Translations under genes and position numbers: made by a program
In this document: positions 17,885-27,515 of the stretch, one piece after another
How positions within the stretch are numbered: the first letter of the stretch is position 1
Layout of the letters: each line of letters begins with the position of its first letter
Source of the DNA: Bacteroidales bacterium
Lineage (GTDB): Bacteria; Bacteroidota; Bacteroidia; Bacteroidales; ML635J-15
Reading direction: 5' to 3'
Assembly (NCBI GenBank): GCA_035406965.1
Contig: DAONZU010000002.1
Span: 1 to 53,485, forward strand
DNA: 53,485 nucleotides
The notes under the pieces: generated by a model
What the model saw: only the letters and a program-made list of their open reading frames with translations
What the model was told of the DNA's origin: nothing
Databases searched by the model: none

Positions 17885-18451
17885 ATGATAAGAAATAATT
17901 TTTTAGAATCGTCAAAACTTTTGAATGAGTTTATTTCAGAAAGTAAAAACTTTGAAGCCATTGAATTAGCTGCAAAACTAATGATTAAAAGCATTAATAA
18001 TGGTGGAAAAATAATTTCTTGCGGTAATGGCGGTTCCATGAGTGATGCCATGCATTTTGCCGAAGAATTATCTGGTAGATTTAAAGAAGAAAGAAAAGCA
18101 TTACCAGCTATTGCTATTGCTGACCCTTCTCACATAACTTGTGTTGCAAATGATTATGGTTTTGATTTTATTTTTTCGAGATTTGTTGAAGCCTTGGGAA
18201 ATAAAAATGACGTATTACTTGCAATTAGCACAAGTGGAAATTCAAAAAACGTAATTAATGCTGTAAATTCTGCTAAGAAAATTGGAATGCCTGTTGTTGC
18301 ACTTACAGGCAAAGATGGTGGCAAGCTAAAAGACCTTTGCGATATTGAAATTAGAGTTCCGCATTTTGGATATTCTGACCGAATTCAAGAAATACACATA
18401 AAAGTTATTCATTCTATAATTGATTATATAGAGACAAATATTGATAAATAA
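17885..18451 (+). CDS. gmhA: D-sedoheptulose-7-phosphate isomerase (SIS domain)
   Basis: 188 aa. [17 protein letters not shown] and [11 protein letters not shown] motifs match GmhA. Confidence 0.8.
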   Translation: MIRNNFLESSKLLNEFISESKNFEAIELAAKLMIKSINNGGKIISCGNGGSMSDAMHFAEELSGRFKEERKALPAIAIADPSHITCVANDYGFDFIFSRFVEALGNKNDVLLAISTSGNSKNVINAVNSAKKIGMPVVALTGKDGGKLKDLCDIEIRVPHFGYSDRIQEIHIKVIHSIIDYIETNIDK

Positions 18452-18461
18452 AATTTAAAAC

Positions 18462-19811
18462 ATGACTATTCATTTTATTGCTATAGGCGGTGCTGTTATG
18501 CACAATTTAGCAATAGCTTTACATAAAAAAGGCTATCAAGTTTCTGGCTCTGATGATGAAATATTTGAGCCTTCTTTTTCGCGTTTGAAAAAACATGGTC
18601 TTCTTCCCAAGAAATTTGGCTGGTTTCCAAAAAAAATAAATGCTGATTTAGATATAATTATTTTGGGAATGCATGCTCGTAAAGATAATCCAGAACTTTT
18701 ACGTGCTCAAGAACTTAATCTTAAAATTTATTCTTTCCCAGAATTTTTATACGAACAAACCAAAGACAAAAAACGTGTAGTTATTGGTGGAAGCCATGGA
18801 AAAACTACAGTAACCTCTATGATTATGCACGTTTTGCGAGATGCCAAACTAAATTTTGATTATATGGTAGGTGCAAATATTCGTGGGTTTGATACCATGG
18901 TAAATCTTGAAGAAAAAAACAAAATTGCAGTTTTTGAAGGAGACGAATATCTTTCTTCGCCTTTGGATTTAACTCCAAAATTTCATTGGTACAAACCTGA
19001 CATTGCTGTACTTACAGGAATTGCTTGGGATCATATAAATGTTTTTCCTAGTTTTGAAAATTATGTGGAGCAATTTGATATTTTTATTAAACATATTAGC
19101 AAAAACGGAAAACTTTTTTGGTTTGCAGATGATGAACATCTTCAAAAATTAGTAAAAAACAACAATGTTGATAATAAAGCATATTTGGCTTTTGAGCATA
19201 AAGTTTCTGAAGATGGAAAAACTTTAGTAAAATTTGATAACAAAACTTATACTATGAGTGTTTTTGGAAATCACAATATGCAAAATATAAATGCAGCACG
19301 ATTAGTTTGTTTAGAATTAGGAATTAAAGAAAAATTCTTTTGGGAATCTATTCAAACTTTTGAGGGTGCTGCTAAGCGTTTGCAACTGATAAAAGAAACT
19401 GAAAGCTCATCATTTTATTTAGATTTTGCTCATGCTCCTTCAAAACTAAAAGCAACAATTAACGCAATAAAAAATAAAAACCCCGAAAGAAAATTAATTG
19501 CTTGTATTGAGCTGCATACTTTTAGTAGTTTACAACATAATTTTATTCCTCAATACAAAAACACAATGGACGAAGCCGACATTGCAATTGTTTATTATAG
19601 CCATGAGGTACTGGAACACAAGAGGTTACCAGCCTTGCCCGAAGATTATGTTAAAGAAAGTTTTGGTGGAAAAGTTCAAATTTTTACTGATGCTGAACTA
19701 CTGAAAGATTACTTAGCAAAACAAAATTATAATAACACAAATCTGCTAATGATGAGCAGTGGTAATTTTAACGGTATAGATTTTGTTGATTTTGCAAATA
19801 AATTGATTTAA
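18462..19811 (+). CDS. mpl: UDP-N-acetylmuramate:L-alanyl-gamma-D-glutamyl-meso-DAP ligase (murein peptide ligase)
   Basis: 449 aa. IHFIAIGGAVMHNLAIAL N-terminus and the Mur-ligase P-loop GGSHGKTT. The length and N-terminus fit Mpl better than MurC. Confidence 0.7.
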   Translation: MTIHFIAIGGAVMHNLAIALHKKGYQVSGSDDEIFEPSFSRLKKHGLLPKKFGWFPKKINADLDIIILGMHARKDNPELLRAQELNLKIYSFPEFLYEQTKDKKRVVIGGSHGKTTVTSMIMHVLRDAKLNFDYMVGANIRGFDTMVNLEEKNKIAVFEGDEYLSSPLDLTPKFHWYKPDIAVLTGIAWDHINVFPSFENYVEQFDIFIKHISKNGKLFWFADDEHLQKLVKNNNVDNKAYLAFEHKVSEDGKTLVKFDNKTYTMSVFGNHNMQNINAARLVCLELGIKEKFFWESIQTFEGAAKRLQLIKETESSSFYLDFAHAPSKLKATINAIKNKNPERKLIACIELHTFSSLQHNFIPQYKNTMDEADIAIVYYSHEVLEHKRLPALPEDYVKESFGGKVQIFTDAELLKDYLAKQNYNNTNLLMMSSGNFNGIDFVDFANKLI

Positions 19812-19812
19812 A

Positions 19813-20271
19813 ATGAAAAAATATTTTTTTAGTTTCATAATAGTGTCGATTTTAGTTAGTTCTTGTTCGTTTAATAAACTGCATATTGGTCAGCCCGAAA
19901 GACTGGAAGTTGAAGAACTAAGCATGCAAGGAGTTAGGCTCAAAGTTTATATTCCAATAGAAAATCCAAATAATTTATCTTTTAATGTAAAAAACTTAAA
20001 TTTAGACTTAATTTTAAACGGCAGAAATGTTGGTAAGATTAAAAAACTTAAAAAAACAAAAATTCTTAAAAATTCAAAACAAACATATCCATTTTCATTT
20101 GAGGTAACGCCAAAAGATGCATTAACAAATATAATTTATTTAGTAAGCGAACTTCAAAGACGAAATCCAGAGTTAAAAATAGATGGCAGTGTAACTGTTT
20201 CTAAAATGTTGATTTCCAAAAATATTAAAATTGACCATAAAGAAAGTTTTGATAAATATTATAAAAAGTAA
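19813..20271 (+). CDS. LEA type-2 (LEA14/NDR1-like) lipoprotein
   Basis: 152 aa. Lipobox VSSCS, beta-rich body with LKVYIPIENPNNLSFNVKNLNLDLILNG, typical of LEA_2 domain proteins. Confidence 0.5.
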   Translation: MKKYFFSFIIVSILVSSCSFNKLHIGQPERLEVEELSMQGVRLKVYIPIENPNNLSFNVKNLNLDLILNGRNVGKIKKLKKTKILKNSKQTYPFSFEVTPKDALTNIIYLVSELQRRNPELKIDGSVTVSKMLISKNIKIDHKESFDKYYKK

Positions 20272-20296
20272 TATCTTTACACAAAAATAATTAATT

Positions 20297-20737
20297 ATGA
20301 GTAGGTTTTTATCGATTATATTATTGTTTTTATCAATTGGGATTGTTGCAAAATCTCAAAATATAACACCTATGAGCATTTCTTATTTTAATTCTTCTGC
20401 CTATAATGGTAAAGTTAAAATTAAACAAGATGCTAAGCTAAAAAATTTTGTTGAAACTAGTGTTGGTTTAAATAAAAAGCGTAATGGTTTTTATGGTTTT
20501 AGAGTAAAAATCTATGCAGAAAACCATCCTAATGCTCGTTCTCAAGCAAATGCTGTTAGAGCTGGTTTTAGACAAGATGGCGAAAAAGCATATTTGAATT
20601 TTATAGAACCAAATTTTGAAGTTTTAGTTGGTGATTTCACAAACCGTTTTGATGCTGTAAAACTTCTAAAAAAGATAAACACAAAATATCCTGATGCTTA
20701 TGTTGTAAAAACAATAGTTTCTTACCCAAATCATTAG
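20297..20737 (+). CDS. SPOR-domain-like secreted protein
   Basis: 146 aa with a signal peptide. The C-terminal ~80 aa (FYGFRVKIYAENHPNARSQANAVRAGF...DAYVVK) resembles a SPOR peptidoglycan-binding repeat. Confidence 0.5.
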   Translation: MSRFLSIILLFLSIGIVAKSQNITPMSISYFNSSAYNGKVKIKQDAKLKNFVETSVGLNKKRNGFYGFRVKIYAENHPNARSQANAVRAGFRQDGEKAYLNFIEPNFEVLVGDFTNRFDAVKLLKKINTKYPDAYVVKTIVSYPNH

Positions 20738-20740
20738 TTT

Positions 20741-22930
20741 TTACCCGAAGAATTTTTTTACTTCTTGAGCAAATCTTTTATCTACTTCTTTTCCATCTCT
20801 AGTTCTTGCTAAGCCGCCTCTTCCAGTTTCTTTATAGTCTATGTGCAGTCTTTCTCCCACTTCTCTCATTGTTAACATAACTTCGTCTGGTGAGATAAAA
20901 GATTGGACTCCACTTAAAGCCATCATTGCTGCTGAAAGTGCCAAAGATGAATAAATTCCATTTCTTTTCACACAAGGCACTTCTACTAAACCTGCAACTG
21001 GGTCGCAAATTAATCCTAAGCAATTTTTTATTGCAATTGTAAAAGCCTGAATAAGTTGTGCATGGTTGCCATTTTCTAAATATGCTATTGCCGAAGCTGC
21101 CATTGCTGCAGCTGCTCCCACTTCGGCTTGGCAACCATAATCGGCTCCTGCTGTAGAAACGTCTGTAAATAATATCATTCCAAAAAAGCCTGCTACCATC
21201 AAAGATTCTAGGATTTTCTTTTCCGAATTAGGATTGTCTTCCATCCAAGCTGTTAAAACACCGGGTAAAATTCCACAACTTCCTGCTGTTGGACAAGCTA
21301 TGATAACACCACTTTTTGCATTTATCTCATTTACTGCTGTAGCATAAGCTGCTGCCCTGCCATAAACATTATTAAACAATTTTGATTGAGGCAAATAAGA
21401 AACTATTTTTTTAGAATCACCACCACTTAGTTTTAGCAAAGATTGTTCTGATGTTGAAATTCCTGAATAAACAGAATCTTTCATAATTTCCCAATATTCT
21501 TGCATTTTGGAATAAACATCTTCTCTTTTCATTCCTTGCAAGGCAAATTCAGTTTCGCAAATAACATCAATAATATTTTTTCCTGTTCTTTCTAAGTATT
21601 CTTCTAATTCTTCAAAAGTATTAAACTCAAGTCGCGGTTTTTCACTTTCGGTTTGTTGATTGTAAATTTTACTAATTATTGAATAATTTTCATCTTTTGA
21701 GCTTACAATATCATTACCTATTAATCTTAAATCTGATTTTCCATCAATAGGAGTTTGAAGTTCGTGGTCGTTAAAAAATCTAATTTCCACATTTCCTGCA
21801 CCAATTGAAAAGCCTACTATTGAGTAAGTATCTTTATCTGTTGAGAAAATAACTTCTGCTATATTATTATTTCGTTGAGATAAATATTTTAAATCTTCAG
21901 ATGGACTTGCTTTAACAAAGCCTTTAAACTTAGCGGTTTGCTCGCCAAATTTTATTCCATTTTCTTTTAAAAATATTGGGTCGCCATGTTCAATCATTTC
22001 GGGGTGGTCGGTAGCAAAACCATACAAACCACCTGCTAAAGCATTTGGCGTTCTATGTCCAACTCCTGTGTCGCGAAATGAAGAATAAAATTTAAGTTCA
22101 ACATCTTTAATCACTTCGCCTCTTTCAATAATTGCTAAAATTATATTTCTACTTATTTGTCCAATTCTATTTGCTCCGGCAGTATGCGAACTTGATGGTC
22201 CAACCATTGCAGGTCCAATCATATCGAAAATACTCAAAGCCTGCATCCAAGTTTGAATATACCTCTCAAAATCTTCTTGTAAGGAATGAAAATCTTCTTC
22301 TGAAATTTGTTCATCAAGATGAATTTCTACTTTATAATATTTGTTATTCCTATTTAAAGGTTTTGTAAGTTGAATTATAGAAAGAAAACTATATTTAATG
22401 GCTTGTTTTTCTATACTTTCAAAAAGATTTGACAATAAAGTATTAAAAGCAATATTCATACATTGAACTACAACTTTTCTTGCATCATCTTCTAAGTGAA
22501 CTTCAATGTCTTTTATCCGTTTTCCTTTTTCATCATAAAAACTTTGTCTAATTTTTTCTTCTGAAGGCAATTCAAATTCTTCAAGTCTTACCGAAGATTC
22601 GAGACTTCTATATGTTGATGATAAAATAAAATCTTCTTTCTGATTAGGAAAAACTCTGTAAATAGCAATGTTTTCAACAACTTCAGCTGCTTCTTTTAAT
22701 AAAGTTGACTTTAGCGTATCATAACAAAAGCTATGAGAATAAAACTCTTCGATATCGCCTTTCATATGGAACAATTTGTCCTTGCCTTCTGGAGCTATTG
22801 TCCGTTTTATTAGTTTGTAATGAGTAACAAAATCTTCTTCGTCCATAATTTCAAAGAATATTGGTGGCAAACAAGATCTTAAAAAAGTTGTATATTTCAA
22901 CATTTTATCTTTTGGCATTTGTGTTTCCAT
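20741..22930 (-). CDS. Fe-S-dependent L-serine ammonia-lyase, fused beta-alpha form, with ~230-aa N-terminal extension of unknown function
   Basis: 729 aa. Residues ~233 onward begin SIFDMIGPAMVGPSSSHTAGANRIG (beta-chain signature). The C-terminal half has CPTAGSCGILPG, GCQAEVGAAAAMAA and DPVAGLVEVPCVKRN (alpha-chain signatures). Residues 1-232 have no motif I recognise. Confidence 0.8.
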   Translation of the reverse strand: METQMPKDKMLKYTTFLRSCLPPIFFEIMDEEDFVTHYKLIKRTIAPEGKDKLFHMKGDIEEFYSHSFCYDTLKSTLLKEAAEVVENIAIYRVFPNQKEDFILSSTYRSLESSVRLEEFELPSEEKIRQSFYDEKGKRIKDIEVHLEDDARKVVVQCMNIAFNTLLSNLFESIEKQAIKYSFLSIIQLTKPLNRNNKYYKVEIHLDEQISEEDFHSLQEDFERYIQTWMQALSIFDMIGPAMVGPSSSHTAGANRIGQISRNIILAIIERGEVIKDVELKFYSSFRDTGVGHRTPNALAGGLYGFATDHPEMIEHGDPIFLKENGIKFGEQTAKFKGFVKASPSEDLKYLSQRNNNIAEVIFSTDKDTYSIVGFSIGAGNVEIRFFNDHELQTPIDGKSDLRLIGNDIVSSKDENYSIISKIYNQQTESEKPRLEFNTFEELEEYLERTGKNIIDVICETEFALQGMKREDVYSKMQEYWEIMKDSVYSGISTSEQSLLKLSGGDSKKIVSYLPQSKLFNNVYGRAAAYATAVNEINAKSGVIIACPTAGSCGILPGVLTAWMEDNPNSEKKILESLMVAGFFGMILFTDVSTAGADYGCQAEVGAAAAMAASAIAYLENGNHAQLIQAFTIAIKNCLGLICDPVAGLVEVPCVKRNGIYSSLALSAAMMALSGVQSFISPDEVMLTMREVGERLHIDYKETGRGGLARTRDGKEVDKRFAQEVKKFFG

Positions 22931-22959
22931 ATTTTCAATTTTTTATATTTATATTTTTA

Positions 22960-23529
22960 TTAACATCCATTTATTAAGTGTTCTAATAATACTTTTATTC
23001 CTATTCCTATTAAAAAAAGTCCACCTATTATTTCTACTGGCAATCTCTTGAACTTTTTTCGTAAAAAATTGCCACTTATTAGTCCTATATATGAAAAAGT
23101 AAAAGTAGTAAAAAAAACTATAAGTGCTGTTAGCCAAATACTAATTCCTACAAAAGGCAAACTTACCCCTACCACGACAGCATCAACGCTTGTGGCTATA
23201 CCAAGTCCAACAACGACAAAGAAATTGTTCATATTTATTTCGGCAGTGTCGTCTTTTTTTCTTATTCCATCAATCAACATTTTTCCACCAATAATTGTCA
23301 GTAAAACAAAAGCAATCCAATGGTCATATTGTTGAAACATTTTTGTTAAACTCGAACCTGCAAGCCAACCTACAACAATACAAATTGCTTGAACAAATGC
23401 TAAAATAAGTGCAAATCTTAAATTGGTAAATTTTGTTTTATTTTCGCATGAACAAGCTGTCGCTATTGAAATCGCAAGGCTATCCATTGAAAGTCCTATA
23501 GATATTAATAAAAGCGAAATAATTTCCAT
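22960..23529 (-). CDS. mntP: Manganese efflux pump MntP family
   Basis: 189 aa with six TM segments and duplicated SMD / TSVDA motifs (IGLSMDSLAISIA ... LGIATSVDAVVVG), as in MntP/DUF204. Confidence 0.7.
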   Translation of the reverse strand: MEIISLLLISIGLSMDSLAISIATACSCENKTKFTNLRFALILAFVQAICIVVGWLAGSSLTKMFQQYDHWIAFVLLTIIGGKMLIDGIRKKDDTAEINMNNFFVVVGLGIATSVDAVVVGVSLPFVGISIWLTALIVFFTTFTFSYIGLISGNFLRKKFKRLPVEIIGGLFLIGIGIKVLLEHLINGC

Positions 23530-23538
23530 TTTATAAAA

Positions 23539-24804
23539 CTAAATCATTTTAACTAAAAACCTTGCAGTTTTTCTACTTCTTTGTTCCATTAAAATTTTTC
23601 TAGCCTTTAGCATCTTATCTATTGATTCTTCGGTATAATATCTTATTGTTATTAGTTCAAGTCCTGAATTATATTTTACAAAAAAATCTTCTTGCAATTC
23701 TTTTATTAGTTTTTTTAAATTTCGGTTATTATCATCAATAGAAGCAGAAAAACTAACTGCTGTGTTTTGAGAAATATTTAATTTAGTTTTATATTTTGCG
23801 AATAAACCAAAAATCTTACTCATATTTTCTTCAACAATAAAAGAAAAGTCTTTGGGTGAGATTGATATTAAAATTTGATTTTGTTTCAAAATAAAAACAG
23901 GTATCAGATTTAATTTATAACTAAGGTTTTTAATTACTGTTCCTTCATTTTCTGGATTTACAAAAGACTTTACATATAGTGGTATGTTTTTATTTTCTAT
24001 GGGTTTAATAGTTTTTGGGTGAATAACTTTAGCTCCGTAAAAAGCAAGTTCAATAGCTTCGTTATATGATAGTTCTTTAAGTTTTTCGGCAAAATCAAAA
24101 TAACTTGGGTCTGCATTCATAATACCTGGCACATCTTTCCAAATAGTTACACTTTCGGCATTTAACAAATAAGCCAAAGCAGAAGCAGTGTAGTCAGAAC
24201 CTTCGCGACCTAATGTCGTAGTTATATTATTTACATCAGCACCAATAAAACCTTGTGTTACAAATATTTCGCCTGACTTTTTATCTATTTTTTCTATTTT
24301 GTTTTGAGATTCTAACCAACTTACTTTTGCATCACGATGATTTGAGTCTGTAATAATTAACTCTCTTGCGTCAAGTAGTGTATTATTAATTCCTTTTATT
24401 TTTAAATATTCGCTAAAAATTAATGAACTCATCAATTCTCCATAACTAACTAGTTCGTCATATAAAATATCATAATCTTTTTCTGGCTTTTGAGATATTA
24501 ATTTTTCTAAAGAAATATAAATTGGTTCTATTAGTTTTTCTACATTTTCAGAATTTTCTTTAAAACTTTCTTTAATATATTTTTTATGAAAATCGATAAC
24601 GGCTTCTAAATTTGAAAATTTATCTATTTCATAATTATACCATGAGTTTAATAATTTTTCAAGTGAATTGGTAGTTTTACCAATAGCTGATACAACTATC
24701 CACAAATCTTTTTCTTTTGAAAGTATTGTTTCAACAATATTATTTAATGCTTGTGAATCTTTAATTGAAGCTCCACCAAATTTAAATATTTTCATCATTT
24801 TCAA
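23539..24804 (-). CDS. lysC: Aspartate kinase, monofunctional
   Basis: 421 aa. KFGGASIKD N-terminus, TTLGREGSDYTASALA motif, and a C-terminal ACT-like region. Confidence 0.8.
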   Translation of the reverse strand: MKMMKIFKFGGASIKDSQALNNIVETILSKEKDLWIVVSAIGKTTNSLEKLLNSWYNYEIDKFSNLEAVIDFHKKYIKESFKENSENVEKLIEPIYISLEKLISQKPEKDYDILYDELVSYGELMSSLIFSEYLKIKGINNTLLDARELIITDSNHRDAKVSWLESQNKIEKIDKKSGEIFVTQGFIGADVNNITTTLGREGSDYTASALAYLLNAESVTIWKDVPGIMNADPSYFDFAEKLKELSYNEAIELAFYGAKVIHPKTIKPIENKNIPLYVKSFVNPENEGTVIKNLSYKLNLIPVFILKQNQILISISPKDFSFIVEENMSKIFGLFAKYKTKLNISQNTAVSFSASIDDNNRNLKKLIKELQEDFFVKYNSGLELITIRYYTEESIDKMLKARKILMEQRSRKTARFLVKMI

Positions 24805-25936
24805 CTTTTGATTTATTTTTTTCTGGTTGTGTATCTATTCCTTGAGTTAAACGATGTATAAATTTATATTCATCAAAAAATACTTTAGCAATAACTCTTA
24901 ATACTGTATAACCAGGTATAGCTAATGCCATTCCTAAAACTCCATATAAATTTCCAGCAATCATAATTACAAAAAGTATTTCTAATGGGTGAGCTTTTAC
25001 ACTTTTTGAATAAATAACTGGTTGAAAAATAATATCGTCAATAATTTTTGATACTAGCACAATTCCGCATAGCATTAAAATCTTTGGTACAACTTCGGCA
25101 CTAAAATCTAAGTGTAGATTTGCTGTAATAAGTAAAATTGTTCCTATAAAAACTCCAATCCAGGGACCGATATAAGGTATCACGTTTAGAGCAGCTATAA
25201 TAACACCTATTGTAATTGCTAAATTCAAGTTTATTCCAATAAGATATAATCCCAATGTAATAAGAAGACACATTAAAACCATTTCTAAAACTAGTCCTAA
25301 CAAATATCTAGATATTAGTCTTCGCAATGTTTTTAATGCTCCTTGTACTTTTTCTTCAAATTTAGCTGGTACAAACATCAAAACAAATCTATCGAATAAA
25401 TCTCTATCTTTTAAGAAGAAAAAACTTGTGAAAGTAATTACAAACAGAGATATAAAAAGGTTTGCGATGGTGCTACCAAGGTTATTTATTAATTTTCCTA
25501 CATCGATTAAATTTATTGTTGAGTTAATTTTTTCTACGACATAATCTTCTGTAGAAAATTCTGGTTGATTTAAAATAGGTGTTCTTTGTATATAGTCATC
25601 AAGATTTTTAATTGGTTTTTCCAAACCTTCTGAAATACTTTCAATATCTAAAGATTGGAACTCTTGGACTTGTGTCATTACTAGTGGCGAAATTAGTCTA
25701 AATCCGAGATAAATTACGCCATACATAAAAAGAATTGTTATTATAGATGCTAACCATCGTGGTGGTCCAAATTTTTTGATACGGATTTTTCGTATAAATT
25801 CCACTATTGGATGTCCTAACATTGCAATAAAAGCGGAAATTAATATCCACATTACAACGTTTGAAAAATAGTAAACGAAAAGCACTAGCAAGACTACGCC
25901 AATTGCTCCGACAATATATCTTTTGTATTTTTCCAT
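24782..25936 (-). CDS. AI-2E family (PerM/YhhT-like) transporter
   Basis: 384 aa and polytopic. NVIPYIGPWIG matches the AI-2E family. The 3' end overlaps the lysC start by 23 bp. Confidence 0.65.
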   Translation of the reverse strand: MEKYKRYIVGAIGVVLLVLFVYYFSNVVMWILISAFIAMLGHPIVEFIRKIRIKKFGPPRWLASIITILFMYGVIYLGFRLISPLVMTQVQEFQSLDIESISEGLEKPIKNLDDYIQRTPILNQPEFSTEDYVVEKINSTINLIDVGKLINNLGSTIANLFISLFVITFTSFFFLKDRDLFDRFVLMFVPAKFEEKVQGALKTLRRLISRYLLGLVLEMVLMCLLITLGLYLIGINLNLAITIGVIIAALNVIPYIGPWIGVFIGTILLITANLHLDFSAEVVPKILMLCGIVLVSKIIDDIIFQPVIYSKSVKAHPLEILFVIMIAGNLYGVLGMALAIPGYTVLRVIAKVFFDEYKFIHRLTQGIDTQPEKNKSKVENDENI

Positions 25937-25971
25937 TTTAAAAAATTTTTACGAAAATAATCAATAAAAAC

Positions 25972-26016
25972 AAAAAAAACCGCTTATTTATTTTTATTTT
26001 TAAACAAGCGGTTTTC
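25972..26016 (-). terminator. Rho-independent terminator of metK
   Basis: On the minus strand, stem CCGCTT / AAGCGG (26011-26006 pairing with 25985-25980) around an AT loop, followed by a U-run (complement of the A-run at 25972-25979). Confidence 0.6.
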
Positions 26017-26027
26017 AATTTTGTGAT

Positions 26028-27293
26028 TTATAAGCTAAATTCTTTTTTGATTATATCGACATAATCTAGTTTTTCCCAACTAAATAGTTCTACCTCAATA
26101 GTTTTTGTTCCTAGATAAGGAGATTCAAATACTTTTTTAATTTTTTCAGGTTTTCTACCGAAATGTCCATATGAAGCAGTTTCTAAATAAATAGGTGTTC
26201 TTAGGTTAAATCTTGCTTCGATATCAGCAGGTTTTAGACTAAATATTTTTTTGATTTTTTTTGCAATTTCACTATCTGGGATATTTACTTTAGAAGTTCC
26301 GTATGTATTGCAGAATACTCCAACTGGTTCGGCAACTCCAATAGCATAAGCAAGTTGAATTAAAATTTCGTCAGCAACACCTGCAGCTATTAAATTTTTT
26401 GCGATATGTCTTGCAGCATAAGCAGCAGAACGGTCAACTTTTGATGGGTCTTTTCCGCTAAAAGCTCCACCACCATGCGCACCTTTACCTCCATAAGTGT
26501 CAACAATTATTTTTCTTCCTGTTAATCCAGTATCTCCATGAGGTCCACCAATAACAAATTTTCCTGTTGGATTTACGTGTAAAATATAATCGTCTTTGAA
26601 TAATGCTTGTGTTTTTGCGTCTAAACCTTTAATTACTCTTGGCAACAAAATATTTTTTACATCTTCTCTTATTTTATTAAGCATTTTATCATCGTCTGCA
26701 TCAAAATCATCATGTTGAGTTGAAACAACAATAGTATCAATTCTTATTGGTTTATTGTCGTCAGAATATTCTATAGTAACTTGAGATTTTGAATCTGGAC
26801 GCAAATATGTCATTTGCTTTTTCTCTCTTCTAATTTCTGCAAGCACTTGCAAAATCTTATGCGACAAATCCAAAGGCAAAGGCATAAGTTCTTCGGTATC
26901 TCTACAAGCATATCCGAACATCATACCTTGGTCGCCTGCTCCTTGATCTTCTTTGTGCAAGCCCGCACCTTTTACTACGCCTTGGTTTATATCTGGCGAT
27001 TGTTCGTGAATTGCAGAAAGTATTCCACAAGAATTTCCATCAAAGCGATATTCGCTTTTGGTGTAACCAATTTTGTTAATCACTTTACGTGCAGTTTCCT
27101 GTACATCAATATAAACTTCTGATTTTACCTCACCAGCAACAACTACTAATCCTGTTGTTACAAGAGTTTCACAAGCCACTTTTGAATTTGGGTCAAAAGC
27201 TAAAAATTCGTCTAAAATTGCATCTGAAATTTGATCTGAAACTTTGTCTGGATGCCCTTCCGAAACTGATTCGGATGTAAAAAAATAACTCAT
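26028..27293 (-). CDS. metK: S-adenosylmethionine synthase
   Basis: 421 aa. [25 protein letters not shown] and [16 protein letters not shown] are canonical MetK motifs. Confidence 0.95.
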   Translation of the reverse strand: MSYFFTSESVSEGHPDKVSDQISDAILDEFLAFDPNSKVACETLVTTGLVVVAGEVKSEVYIDVQETARKVINKIGYTKSEYRFDGNSCGILSAIHEQSPDINQGVVKGAGLHKEDQGAGDQGMMFGYACRDTEELMPLPLDLSHKILQVLAEIRREKKQMTYLRPDSKSQVTIEYSDDNKPIRIDTIVVSTQHDDFDADDDKMLNKIREDVKNILLPRVIKGLDAKTQALFKDDYILHVNPTGKFVIGGPHGDTGLTGRKIIVDTYGGKGAHGGGAFSGKDPSKVDRSAAYAARHIAKNLIAAGVADEILIQLAYAIGVAEPVGVFCNTYGTSKVNIPDSEIAKKIKKIFSLKPADIEARFNLRTPIYLETASYGHFGRKPEKIKKVFESPYLGTKTIEVELFSWEKLDYVDIIKKEFSL

Positions 27294-27342
27294 AATTATA
27301 TATTTTAAATTTAATATTTATATTCTAAAATTATAATTGTGA

Positions 27343-27415
27343 GGATTTGAATGATTGAAACTGATGTTTTTAGCAATTTTTTTTAAGTGGTTGCAAGCAT
27401 CCAAATCCGTCCACT
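27343..27415 (-). promoter_or_regulatory. Candidate SAM-II/SAM-V-like pseudoknot riboswitch in the metK 5' leader
   Basis: mRNA sense: AGUGG-[ACGGAUUUGGAUGCUUGCAA]-CCACU-UAAAAAAAA-UUGCUAAAAACAUC. P1 is AGUGG/CCACU. Loop bases GAUG and GCAA pair with downstream CAUC and UUGC, giving an H-type pseudoknot. The loop segment GGAUUUGGAUG can instead form an 11-bp helix with CAUUCAAAUCC (complement of 27343-27353). Confidence 0.35.
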
Positions 27416-27427
27416 AATAAAACAATG

Positions 27428-27460
27428 CAAAATTAAAAAAGTTTTTGTAAATCTTACAAA
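27428..27460 (-). promoter_or_regulatory. Bacteroidota-type promoter (-33 TTTG / -7 TAATTTTG) for metK
   Basis: The minus strand reads TTTG (27460-27457), a 21-nt spacer, then TAATTTTG (27435-27428). This leaves a leader of roughly 125 nt before the ATG. Confidence 0.5.
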
Positions 27461-27515
27461 AAAAGAAATATTTTTTTTATTTTTGCACAATATAACTATT
27501 AATTAATATACACAT

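Noticed and set aside
23530-23538. Expected Mn-sensing (yybP-ykoY) riboswitch upstream of mntP
   Set aside because: Only 9 bp separate the mntP start from the lysC stop, leaving no room for a leader RNA. mntP is apparently co-transcribed with the upstream genes.
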